Positions 1-11,005 of a stretch of 64,000 nt of DNA are shown here, piece by piece (the stretch's first letter is position 1; every line of letters begins with the position of its first letter). A program made the position numbers and the translations under genes. This DNA is from Scyliorhinus canicula. Its lineage: Eukaryota. Below the pieces are notes generated by a model that saw only the letters and a program-made list of their open reading frames with translations, was not told the DNA's origin and made no database searches. The stretch covers positions 219,960,438 to 220,024,437 of the forward strand of contig NC_052146.1 in NCBI RefSeq assembly GCF_902713615.1, read 5' to 3'.

Positions 1-97
1 TATATCAATCCAGTGAAAACCATGTCAGAAAGCTTAATATTAATGTCTCGATGAGGGTATCAGACAATAAACAGCTGGTCTTTCATTTGCCTCTTAG

Positions 98-264
98 GGT
101 CAGAACAAATCAGAGATTGATGCTAAACAGTTTGTGGAGTGGATGAGACTGGAGCCTCAGTCTATGGTCTGGCTACCTGTTCTGCACCGTGTGGCAGCTG
201 CTGAAACTGCAAAACATCAGGCAAAGTGCAACATCTGCAAAGAGTGCCCAATCGTAGGCTTCAG
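98..264 (+). CDS. UTRN: Utrophin exon (DMD exon 68 equivalent), EF-hand end / start of ZZ domain
   Basis: ag|...|gt, 167 nt; [62 protein letters not shown] matches utrophin rather than dystrophin (PIIGFR) or DRP2. Confidence 0.96.
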
Positions 265-929
265 GTGAGACATGCAACTTTGCAGGGACCTAGGTAATAT
301 TGGAAGATAACGTGTTAATTCAGAAACTTCTAAATTCAGTAAATAATGCAACAAAATAATTTGAAGTCCCAACCAATTCATGGGTCATGGAAGCAATTAG
401 GACAAATTAAATTTAAAGGCTCTTCATTCGTGTTTGGGAGAGGTGAGTACTACAGGATTTTGGAATTTTGTTCCCAGACCCATTGATCACAGCCCTGCTG
501 GATCAAAACCAGTTTGTGATTGGGCTTCTGTTTGCTTCTCCATTTTCTAATTATTGAAAATGTAGAGACGAGCCTTTTATCAGTCCTTAAATCAGACGAT
601 GTACATGCTGTTAAAGTGGTTCCACATGCCATTGCAAAATGATCGACAAGGCTTCCTGTTCATAATTTTCTCTGAATTAAACTCCAGATTTTGGAAAGGA
701 TTTCTTTAAGCAAGCTTGCACCTTTTTGATTAACCTTTGACCTATAATTCTAAACTTGATGGTCTTGGAAAAGAGCCTCACTGTGTATTCCATTGCGATC
801 AACATCAGTTTTATCATTATCAAACATATTGATTCCTGCAATCTGTTGAGGCCAATCAACCTCTGATACTACTGGCTTCCTTCCAATGCCCTCAAGATCA
901 AATATTGCCTATTTTGTATTTTCTTTTAT

Positions 930-1035
930 TCCCTTTTCTTCCCATGTACTTAATGATCTGTTGAGCTGCTCGCAGAAAAATACTTTTCACTGTACCTTGG
1001 TACACGTGACAATAAACAAATCCAATCCAATCCAA
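930..1035 (+). mobile_element. 3' tail of a LINE with (TCCAA)n end
   Basis: ...tacttttcactgtacc...gtgacaataaac + (tccaa)3; a related tail lies at about 25910-25988. Confidence 0.55.
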
Positions 1036-1542
1036 GATCTGTACCTCCAAATATGTCTTTGTTTTATCATCTCTTCAATCTTTCTTAACCTGAATTCACC
1101 ATCCATCTGCATATATTCAACTCATAAAGCTCAGAAAGGTGATTCCTCTCATCCCTTTAACTACCAAATGATATTTGTTCTTATAAAAGCTGCTGTCCTA
1201 TCTCAGGTTATCTATTGTCTGTAAAATTGTGGCCTAAACTGTGATTGAAGTTCCTTTGTTAATCTTGTCACTCATGCTGTATACTTACGGATTTCTGCTC
1301 TTAAACACTTTGATGCTGCTGAAGGGCATCAAAGTAAAGACACTCAGCCTTAGCTGCAAGTAAATCGAGCAAGGTTTATTACCAGTATACATATAGGGGA
1401 GATCCACTTTTGGCAATGGCAGGGAGGTGACTCAACTTACATTCTTTCGAAGCATAAATTTATTGTGTGGAGATGCCGGCGTTGGACTGGGTGAGCACAG
1501 TAAGAAGTCTTACAACACCAGGTTAAAGTCCAACAGGTTTGT

Positions 1543-1589
1543 TTCAAACACGAGCTTTCGGAGTACTGCTCCTTCCTCAGGTGAATGAA
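1543..1589 (-). ncRNA. Minimal type I hammerhead ribozyme motif (antisense to UTRN)
   Basis: Reverse complement reads UUCAUUCAC-CUGAGGA-A-GGAG(cagua)CUCC-GAAA-GC-UC-GUGUUUGAA. Confidence 0.68.
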
Positions 1590-1810
1590 GAGGTATGTTC
1601 CAGAAACATATATATAGACAAAGTTAAAGATGCAAGACAATGCTTTGAATGCGAGCATTTGCAGGTAATTAAATCTTTACAGATCCATAGATAGGGGTAA
1701 CCCCAAGTTAAAGAGGTGTGAATTGTCTCAAGCCAGGACAGTCGGTAGGATTTTGCAAGCCCAGGCCAGAGGTGGGGGATGAATGTAATGCAACATGAAT
1801 CCCAGTTCTT

Positions 1811-1857
1811 TTCATTCACCTGAGGAAGGAGCAGTGCTCCGAAAGCTAGTGTTTGAA
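1811..1857 (+). ncRNA. Minimal type I hammerhead ribozyme motif (sense to UTRN)
   Basis: UUCAUUCAC-CUGAGGA-A-GGAGC(agu)GCUCC-GAAA-GC-UA-GUGUUUGAA: CUGANGA and GAAA cores, stem II, palindromic AGCU stem III, stem I with a 2x2 U loop. Confidence 0.72.
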
Positions 1858-2163
1858 ACAAACCTGTTGGACTTTAACCTGGTGTTGTGAGACTTCTTAC
1901 TAAATTCATTGTCACATTTGTTCAGCCAGCTGCCTGTTTCAACATATATAGCCTCTTGTGTTCTACATATAGGTTCCCACGGCCAACTAGCTGTAACTAC
2001 TCATTCAATGTTTCGATGTTTCTCTCCCTTCCCTCAGTCATTCTCATACTTCGCAATAACAAATTGTAGTTATTTGTTATTACAGTGTTAGCAGTTCCCA
2101 GCATTTATATTACAAAAAAATCATGGTTCTTCATATTGTCAAATATCCCATAGATTTTAAAAA

Positions 2164-2540
2164 CATTCATTCATGGCATGTGGGGTCCCGTGGCTGGACC
2201 TGCATTTATTGCCTATCCCTAATTTCCTGTGAACTGGGTGGCTTGCTGGGCCATTTCAGAAGGCATTTAAAAGTCGATCACATTGCAGTGTATTCGGAGT
2301 CACGTGTGTGCCAGATCAAGTAAAGATGGCAGATTTCCTTCCATAGAGGACATTAGTGAACTCGATGGGTTTTTATGACAATCGGCAATGGTTTCATGGT
2401 CATCATTAGACTTCTATTGCAGATTTTTATTGAATCATAATTTTATTATCTGACATGGTGGGATTAGAACCTTGGCCCCCAGTGCATTACCCTGGGTCTG
2501 TAGATTCCTCGTGCAGCGACAGTACCACTTTGCCGCCACC
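2164..2540 (-). mobile_element. tRNA-derived SINE (SacSINE1/Deu-like)
   Basis: A-box-like tggcggcaaagtgg and B-box-like ggttctaatccc; the body matches 45410-45700, the tail matches 51885-51952, and it ends in (tgaa)n. Confidence 0.75.
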
Positions 2541-3274
2541 TTCCTTCTCGCATTGTTTGACATTTCCTTGGACATCTCCAAAGATTTTATCAGAGTCTGT
2601 TATTTTTACCATTATGTGGGCTCCCAACAAAACCCTATTCGTGACTATTGTCCCTTTCTGTGTCAATTGATGTTTTAACTAATGGTCATTCTCGGAGTTT
2701 GCCTTAACGTCAGGAATTTCCAAGTTTCTGTTCTGTCTCCTGCAATTCATACCTCCATTCAATATACATTTCTAGCCACTCATAAGCTGATAGTTCCACT
2801 CTGCATTGATCAAGTCCCTTCAATTTGTACATCTTTGGTGAACATGACCTCCATCCTTTGAGCAGTGGCTGCATCATTGCATTTTATTTCTCTGTTCTCT
2901 TTTTTTTCTTCCTATAGAACTTTCTTTGTTCTTTCTTAGCCCAAAATGCATTATCCTGCTCATTTGTTGCCCTCTTTACAGTTTCACACATTACAGTCAC
3001 TGGAGTCCACTATTCAAATTAATCTTTACCAGGATATCAAAATTGTGGTCCAACTTGCATCTGTTTGCCTTCCTTACAATTTTCAGTGTTTCAAAATACA
3101 AATTTATGTGATTTGACCATTTTACTTTTTTCCCCTGCAGTAGATATGTGGATCTAATCTAAAATAGAAGATGGAAGAGAAAAAAAGTCAAAACCTTTAA
3201 TAATAATTTTGAAGAATCGAACTTCATACAAAACGTTTTTGACATTTCTTTTTCTCCTTGTTCTTCCTTTCCAG

Positions 3275-3386
3275 GTACCGTAGCCTCAAACATTTTAACT
3301 ATGACATCTGCCAAAGCTGTTTCTTTTCAGGGCGTACAGCAAAAGGCCACAAGTTGCAATACCCAATGGTGGAGTACTGCACTCCG
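3275..3386 (+). CDS. UTRN: Utrophin exon (DMD exon 69 equivalent), ZZ zinc finger
   Basis: Polypyrimidine tract + cag|, |gtaagt, 112 nt; [37 protein letters not shown] (RTAKGHKL is utrophin-type). Confidence 0.96.
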
Positions 3387-3621
3387 GTAAGTAATGTATA
3401 TTCCACTTTACGTAATTGTTTTAATTTGTATGTATGAATCACTATGAGAGACTTGGGAACTCAGCTGCAGCCACTTTCAAAATTAAAATGCATGGATAAG
3501 ATGTTTCTACACCATAGTACTCCTGTGAAATTGCCAATAAGTATGTATACTAATGGCATCTGGCAGTGCTTATTGAAAGTCAGAGGTAGATGAACTTGGT
3601 GTCATTCCCAATGTAGTCTTG

Positions 3622-4340
3622 TGTCGTCGTCTTCTTTTTTGGCAGTCCCTCAGAGTTGAGGATAACTTGCTTCCACACCAGAATGAGTTCTCAGGTGACT
3701 GAGGAGTCTGAAGCGTGACCTACCGTCTCTGTCAAAGTCGGGGAAGACAGTGGTTGGAGAAGTGGGTGGGTGAGGTGCCCGGGTTGTCACTCGCTCTTTT
3801 CACAGACTTTTCACAGTTAAGCTTCAGTTCTTGGCGATGAAACACGGGGTGTTCAGCTTCTTCCCGGATTCTTTTCCTCCACTTCATGTGGTCGTGGGCC
3901 AGGGATTGATTGGGATGCTCCACTTTTTCAGGGTGTCCTTGAAGCATTTCCTCTGCTCTCCTAGGGCTCGCTTCCCATGTTGAAGCTCCGATTGGAGTGC
4001 TTGTTTCAGGAGCCTCGTGTCAGGCATGCGGACGATGTGGCACGCCCAGCAGACTTGTTGAGCATGGTCAATGCTGGGGTGTTGGCTTGAGCAAGAACAC
4101 TGATGTTGGTGCGTCTATACTGTGAATGGATTTGCAGCACTGGTAGTACTTCTCCAAGTTTTTGAGGGATCTGTTGTACATAGTCCATGTTCCTGAACCA
4201 TAAAGGAGGGTGGGTATAGACCATGAGCTTGGTGGCAGGTCTGAGGTCCTGGCCTTCAAACACTCTTCCTCGGATGACTGACGGCTATGCTGGCAACTGA
4301 AGGTGGTACTGAACCTCGTGGTAGATGTCTGCCCTTAATG
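3622..4340 (-). mobile_element. RTE-clade (BovB-like) LINE 3' fragment
   Basis: Broken frames FEGQDLRPATKLMVY / PTLLYGSGTWTMY; 3' end gcaagttatcctc...gagggactgcc + short repeat tail. Confidence 0.75.
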
Positions 4341-4345
4341 ACATA

Positions 4346-6700
4346 GGGTGCGATCTAACCAAATTCGTTCTAAGTGTAGCAGCGAGCGGGAAATGCCGGG
4401 AGTTGCCCGACAGCTGGCCTGGCGATGCCATCACCGGTACCTAATAGAACATAGAACAGTACAGCACAGAGCAGGCCCTTCGGCCCTCGATGTTGTGCCG
4501 AGCAATGATCACCCTACTCAAACTCACGTATTCACCCTATACCCGTAACCCAACAACTCTCCCTTAACCTTACTTTTTAGGACACTACGGGCAATTTAGC
4601 ATGGCCAATCCACCTAACCTGCACATCTTTGGACTGTGGGAGGAAACCGGAGCACCCGGAGGAAACCCACGCACACATGGGGAGGACGTGCAGACTCCGC
4701 ACAGACAGTGACCCAGCCGGGAACCGAACCTGGGACCCTGGAGCTGTGAAGCATTGATGCTAACCACCATGCTACCATGCTGCCCTATTTTTAACAGTAC
4801 AGCACAGAACAGGCCCTTCGGTCCTCGATGTTGTGCCGAGCAATGATCACCCTACTCAAACCCACGTATCCACCCTATACCCGTAACCCAACAACTCCCA
4901 ACATTTTAGGACACTACGGGCAATTTAGCATGGCCAATCCACCTAGCCCGCACATCTTTGGACTGTGGGAGGAAACCGGAGCACCCGGAGGAAACCCACG
5001 CACACACGGGGAGGACGTGCAGACTCCGCACAGACAGTGACCCAGCCGGGAATCGAACCTGGGACCCTGGAGCTGTGAAGCATTTGTGCTAACCACCATG
5101 CTGCCGTGCTAACCACCATGCTACCGTAATATAATTAATGGAACCCCATGGGCTTCATACCCCAAATAATCCCAAATCCCATCAGTTGATTCACCAGAAC
5201 TGCGCCCGGCAACTTCCTGCTAACCAGGGCCGGCTCAAGGTACCGGCAACTCGGGCAGTCGCCCGGGACGCCATGTGCTAGGGGGCGCCATCAAGGAGTA
5301 CGTGACCGGCGTCAGAGACCCGGCGCCGCGTAAAAGACTCTGGTCCCGCGCATGCGCAGTTGGGCCGGTGCCAACCAGTGCATGCGCGGTGGCCGCCCAC
5401 CCCCAGGCCGCCCCGCACAAACATGGCGGATGGATCCAGGCTTGCCGGTGGGAGAAAGGAGGCCTGCCGACAGAGAGACCGGCCCGCCGATCGGTGGGTC
5501 CCGATCATGTACCAGGTCACTCCGCCGCCCCCCAGGTGAACGGAGCCCCCCCCCCCCCCCCCCGAAGGGTGCCGAAGTTCAGCTTGCCCGGGGCGCCAGC
5601 AACCCTAGGGGGAGCAACACTTAAATTGATCCTGCAGTGCAAACCCCTCAGAGCACGCAGCCATGCCACCAAGGAGACCAACTCCAAGATTCGGAGTTGC
5701 TGCCCTGGCCAGACTTTTGGATGCGCTGGAGTCCAGACAGGTTGCCCTGTTCTCCTGAAGGGCTCGGAGGGTGAGCCACAGGGCAGCCAGTGCTGCCTGG
5801 GAGGAAGTGGCAGCAGCCATTGGTGCGGGGAGTGTGACTAGGAGAACCGCCACCCAATGCTGCAAGAAGCTAAAGAACCTCCATTGGACCGCACAGGTGA
5901 ATTGGCATCAGCTCCAGCCCACCCATGCCTAGCAGTGGTGCCCACGCCTGTCACCCCCATCGCATGTGCATTGCATCCCAGACCCTGTACATGGAGACCC
6001 ACTGGTAACGTTACCTGGTCTGGGTGCTGGTCCCCTCCATTGTCCACAAATCCACCCTCTCGTTGTTTCTGCCTCTGTGATCTTCAAGCCTCCGGTGTTC
6101 ATGCAGAGTGTCCAGGCTTCACAGTTTGGTTGAGATGCTAGGCAGTAACTCTCTCCTGCATTATGGCACGACTACCCATGGGATTCCACTTGGGGACTAT
6201 GAAGTGCTGACATTACTACGATTTCTTATTCCCTTTTCGTAATAGCCTCCAGCTGTGCACCCGGAGGCCGCCACGCTCAGTGTTGGGGAGCTGCCCCCAT
6301 TCCAGCTGCAGACAAATAAGGGGTGGCGTGGTAGACCGCACGCCCTGGGATCCCCCCATTGACGGCAGTCCGTCCCACCTCTGAAGCGAGACCACCCCCC
6401 CCCCCCCCCCCCCCCCCCCCCCGTTCCTTCCTGGGGTCTCTCCAGGTTTTTTTAAAGATGTATAATCAGTGCCTGCATGACCACTTGCTGAGGAGGTGGC
6501 TAGATCACAGGATGCCGTTAGATAGTGGGTCGCTCCAGTTAATGGTATGGAGATTGGCTTTAATTGATGATTACTGGTTTCTCGCCATGCCACGACAGGA
6601 TCCTCTCCTCGCCAACGGGAGTGAGTTGGTTATATCGCAAACTAATCGACGGCCAGCAGAGTTCCCGATTTTAGCCTCTCGTCCGATGAAATCACGGCCA
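4346..6700. mobile_element. Non-autonomous PIF/Harbinger-like DNA element with nested SINEs
   Basis: GC-rich with degenerate gggtgcgat / atcacggcc ends; 5900-6650 is similar to the Harbinger flank at 23600-24450. Confidence 0.55.
4443..5125 (-). mobile_element. Two tandem, nearly identical HE1/V-type SINEs (4443-4785, 4793-5125)
   Basis: tRNA head (A/B boxes), V-domain-like core ccgggtgctccggtttcctcccacagtccaaagatgtg, tail ending tgttctatgttcta. Confidence 0.85.
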
Positions 6701-6879
6701 TAGTTTCTTGTGCATCCAAGTTCACAGTGCACGATTCAGGAGCAACAGCTTTGCATAAGTCTGTGCGTTTTCTAAATCGTGCTGAGAATTGCCAGCACAA
6801 GCTAATTTCCAATATTTCCTATGTGTGACCTACACAATAGATCTCAGTTGACTATTTGATTATGAGAACGATGGGCAAC

Positions 6880-7578
6880 ACAATTAATTAGCACTTTGGA
6901 AGGAGTAATATGACAAGGAAGTATTCAATGAATGAACTGACACTGGGAGGTTCTGAGGAACAAAAGGATCTTGGCGTGTTTGTCCATAGATCTCTGAAGG
7001 CCGAAGGTCACTTGCCTTCATCAATTGACGCATAGATTACAAAAACAGAGAGGTCATGTTGGAGTTGTATCGAACTTTGGTGAGGCCACAGCTGGAGTAC
7101 TGTGTGCATTTCTGATTGTCACATTATAGGAAGGATGTGATTGCACTGGAGGGGGTGCAGAGGCGATTCACTAGGATGTTGTCTGGGATGGAACATTTAA
7201 GCTATGAAGAAAGGTTGGATAGAGTGAGGGTTGACCTGATGGAGGTGTACAAGATTATGAGAGGAATGGACATGATGGATGGGGAACAGCTGTTCCCCTT
7301 AGTTGAAGGGTCAGTTGCGAGGGGATGCAATTTCAAGGTGAGGGTTAGGAGGTTTAGAGGGGAATTGAGGAAAAAACTTTTTTACCCAGAGGGTGGTGAC
7401 GGTCACATCCTTTAAAAAGTACCTGGATGAGCACATGGCATGTCATAGTATTCAAGGCTATGGACCAAGTGCTGGCAAATGGGATTAGGTAGGCAGGTCA
7501 GGTATCTTCCATGTGTCGGTGCAGACTCGATGGGTCAAAGAGCTTCTTCTGTGTTGTAGTATTCTGTGATTCTGTGAA
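6880..7578 (+). mobile_element. CR1 LINE 3' fragment
   Basis: HYRKDVIALEGVQRRFTRML...SYEERL; tail (attctgtg)2. Confidence 0.85.
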
Positions 7579-8177
7579 TCACTTAAGCAAGACAAATAAA
7601 TTGGTGGACAGATGCAGTTTAATTTGTTGAAATGTGAAGTTAATTATACACTTTGTAAAGCACCTAAATGATGTACTGAACAGAAAGATCTAGGGATTTA
7701 AATACATAATGATCTGAAATTTGAAGCAGTTTGATTTTTAAAAATCATGCCAATATCCTTTTGGGTTTATAAATAGGGTATCAGTATAACAACTACTACA
7801 GCATATCGTTCGATCACAAATGAGTACTGTCTGCAGTTTTGACCATCCCTTTGTCGAAAGGGCACTAAAACCAGGCAGTAGATTCATCAGAATGATGTTG
7901 GCATGAGAAACTAGAGTTTGGAGGAGACATACGATACCGGGGCTACTTTCCCCATAACAAAGAAGGATGAAAGGAGATTTAATTGAAGTTTTCAGGAGGA
8001 TACCTCCTTCCGTTGAATATTGGGAAGTCTTAATCCATTATTGTCTTCACTCCATCCTATAAACTCTAGCCACTTACTAAACGAGTATAGAAAATACAAC
8101 AGTGAAATTAGAAAGAAAAGTAGAAAAGCGAAAAGAGGGTTTATAAAAGTATTGGCAATTAAAATCAAAGAATCTCA

Positions 8178-8400
8178 GGGGGCAGCCTGGTGGCGCAGTA
8201 GTTAGCACTGCTCCTTCACGGCGCTGAGGACCTGGGTTCGATCCTGGCTCCGGGTCACTGTTTGGGTGGAGTTTGCACATTCTCCCCCTGTCTGTGTGAG
8301 TTTCACCCCCACAACCCAAAGATGTGCAGGGTGGGTGAATTGGCCACACTAAATTGCCCCTTAATTGTAAAAAAAAATTGGATACTCTGAATTTATGGGA
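8178..8400 (+). mobile_element. V-type SINE, short-tail subfamily
   Basis: ggggcagc...tRNA head, core, and taaattgccccttaattg...tactctgaattt tail; inserted in a CR1 remnant. Confidence 0.8.
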
Positions 8401-8587
8401 AAAAAAATCAAGGAAATCTCAAAGCTGTTTTATAAATAAAGAGCAAGAGTATAACAATGGAAAGAAAAGGGCCGATTAAAGACCCTGATGTTAGCCTGCG
8501 TGTGAGGCAGAAGATGTAGGCATGGCTCATAATGAACACTTTGTTTAAACAAAAGACAGGAAGAATGCAGACACTTTAAAAAAAAAT

Positions 8588-9050
8588 CTTTCATGGAATA
8601 TGAGCATTGCTGTCTAGGCCAGCTTTTGTTGCTCATGCCTAATTGCCCATGAGAAGATGGTGATGAGCTGCCTTCTTGACCACTGCAGTCCATCTGGTGT
8701 AGTACACCCACAATGCTGTTGGAAAGGAGTTCCAGGATTTTGACTCAGCGATATAGTTTCAAATCAGGAAGGTGTGATGTCTGGTAGGGAATTTACAGGT
8801 GATAGTGTTCCCATGCATCTGTTGCCTGTGGCCTTGTAGTTGGTAGAGACCGTGGGTTTGGAAGCCACTATTGAAGGGGACTTGGCGACTGGCTGCAGTG
8901 CATCTTGTATGTGAAACACTCAACTGTCACTGCATCAAAGGGGGAGGGAGTGAATATTTAAGGAGGTGGATGGGGTGCCAATCAAGTGGGCTGCTTTTCC
9001 TGGATGGTCTTGGGCTCCTTGAGTGGTGTTGGAGCTGCACTCATCAGGGA
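8588..9050 (-). mobile_element. 3' fragment of the LINE family seen at 45404-51962
   Basis: Reverse complement aligns by eye with 51250-51950 and 55100-55580. Confidence 0.7.
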
Positions 9051-9161
9051 AAATAAAGTATCCAAAGGGAAAATATTTGCAGAAAAAACGGCAGTTGATT
9101 GCCAGCTGGGCCATGCAGGTGCCCGAGGTATGCCCTCTGGGTCATGTGGGGCCAATAGCTC

Positions 9162-9415
9162 ATAGAATCATTGAATTCCTACAGTGCTGAAGGAGGCCAT
9201 TCGGCCCATCAAGTTTGCACTGACCCTCTTGATACAGCACCTTACCCAAGCCCACTGCCGCATAACCCCACCTAAACTGCGCATTTGTGGACAATTTAGC
9301 ATGACCAATACACTAAACAACCTATCTTTGGACTGTGGGAGGAAACCAGAGCACCCGGAGGAAACCCACCCAGACACAGGAGAAAGTGAAAACTCCACAT
9401 AGTCATCCAAGACCG
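9162..9415 (-). mobile_element. HE1/V-type SINE (partial)
   Basis: Same core and CR1-like tail as the other copies. Confidence 0.75.
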
Positions 9416-9952
9416 GAATCGTTGGTTGTTGGTTACAAACTGATCTTGGAACAAGTTTTGTCGAAACCTTCCTCCGATCCTCTGATGGCGTATTTGATTT
9501 TCTCTAGCTTGACCGTGCCCACCACTGATAAACCAACATGCCTGTAACTGGTGGGGCTACCCTTACCACCTTTTTTGAACAATGAAATTTACAATTCGCT
9601 AGACTGCTAGCACTCTCCAGAGAAGAGTGGAAGATTATGATGAGCACCCCTGCATTTTCCATTCTCACGTCCTTCAATATCTATGGATGATATACATCCG
9701 GTCCCAATGCCTTGTTAACCTTCGGTATCGAGAGTCTATTCAACGCTTCCTCCTTATCAATTTTGTCCCCTCTTATGAATTAAGCTTGTTTGGCTCATGT
9801 TAGGCTTGGTCCTCAGAGGTGCTCACTCTATCATTCTCCATCCATTTACTCCAGGAAAGGCAACTTTATAGATTGCATCTGATGAAGGAATGAGTTGAAT
9901 GGGTTGATTCATGTCAATTCTTAACTAAATTGGAATTTTTTTGTTCTTTTAG

Positions 9953-10089
9953 ACAACATCAGGTGAAGATGTACGTGACTTCACCAAGGTGCTGAAAAAT
10001 AAGTTCAGATCAAAGAAGTACTTTGCCAAACATCCCCGCTTGGGTTATTTGCCAGTGCAAACAGTCCTAGAAGGCGAGAATCTTGAGAT
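9953..10089 (+). CDS. UTRN: Utrophin exon (DMD exon 70 equivalent)
   Basis: tag|...|gtaagt, 137 nt; [45 protein letters not shown], with utrophin-diagnostic residues. Confidence 0.96.
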
Positions 10090-10369
10090 GTAAGTTTGAT
10101 AATGTGAGATTTGCAAATGTATAAATTGCTGTTTGTGGAAAGTATTGCAGCATAGTTCGTCCTGCAGTTAAGAGTGAGAAGGAAGTTTATCATCTGTGTG
10201 TATATTGCAAATTGCACAATACAGCAGGAAATGGGGATTAGATGGAAGCACTGGTCCACTTTGAACTACACTCCAAAAAAATTGCAATTACTCACCCAGG
10301 GAATGCATCTACTAAGGGCCAGTTAATTGAAAGCAGCATGCAGCTTTCTTAATTATTTTATCTTCCTCC

Positions 10370-11005
10370 TCTCGTTCCATCCCTCTCTCCTTCAAATCTT
10401 CCATCATCACCCCAATCCTCAAAAAGCCCAACCTGTGAACCCTTCACCCCTGCAAACTGCCATCTCATCTCCAACCTCCTTTTCCTCTCCAGACTTTGCC
10501 TTCTAAAGTTGTGCCCATCTTTCTTGGAATTTCATGTTTGAATCCCTCTAATCACGTTTACCCCCCGACACTCCACTGCAATTGTTCTTATTAAAGCCAT
10601 AAATTACATTTTATGTGACTGTGATTTCTCCTCATCATTCTCGACCTGTCTGTAGCTTTTGACACGATTGATCACATCATCCTCCTCTCTACAGTCGTCG
10701 AGTTGTGCGGAACTACACTTGCATGGTTCCATTCTCATCTAATTACAGTCAAAGAGTTTCCATTGGTGGCTTCTCTTCCCATTCCTGCACAGTTACCTCC
10801 CTTGGACCCTTCCTATTGCCCTTCTACCTGGCTTCCCTCAGTGACATCATCCATAAACATTTCAGTTTCCACATGTACAATCTTGACATCTAGGTCTACT
10901 TCACCGCCGCCTTTCATCTCCCCTCTGTTTCTGACTGGCTGTCTGACAATCCAGTACTGGATGAGCAGGAATTCCTTCCAGCTAAATAAGGGGAAGATTG
11001 AAAAC
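10370..11005 (+). mobile_element. Old L2 LINE RT fragment
   Basis: Degenerate ITPILKKP...ISNLLF, LDLSVAFDTIDH and WMSRNSFQLN motifs. Confidence 0.7.

Larger units (their letters stand above)
1467..1900. mobile_element. Penelope-like element fragment with inverted terminal copy
   Basis: Inverted repeat 1499-1589 / 1811-1901; the minus strand near 1781-1806 reads LGFMLHYI, resembling a PLE GIY-YIG C-terminus; near-perfect 12-bp TSD taaatt(t/c)attgt at 1455-1466 and 1901-1912. Confidence 0.75.

Noticed and set aside
9879-9900. CTGATGAAGGA resembling a hammerhead core
   Set aside because: No stem II complement or GAAA follows.
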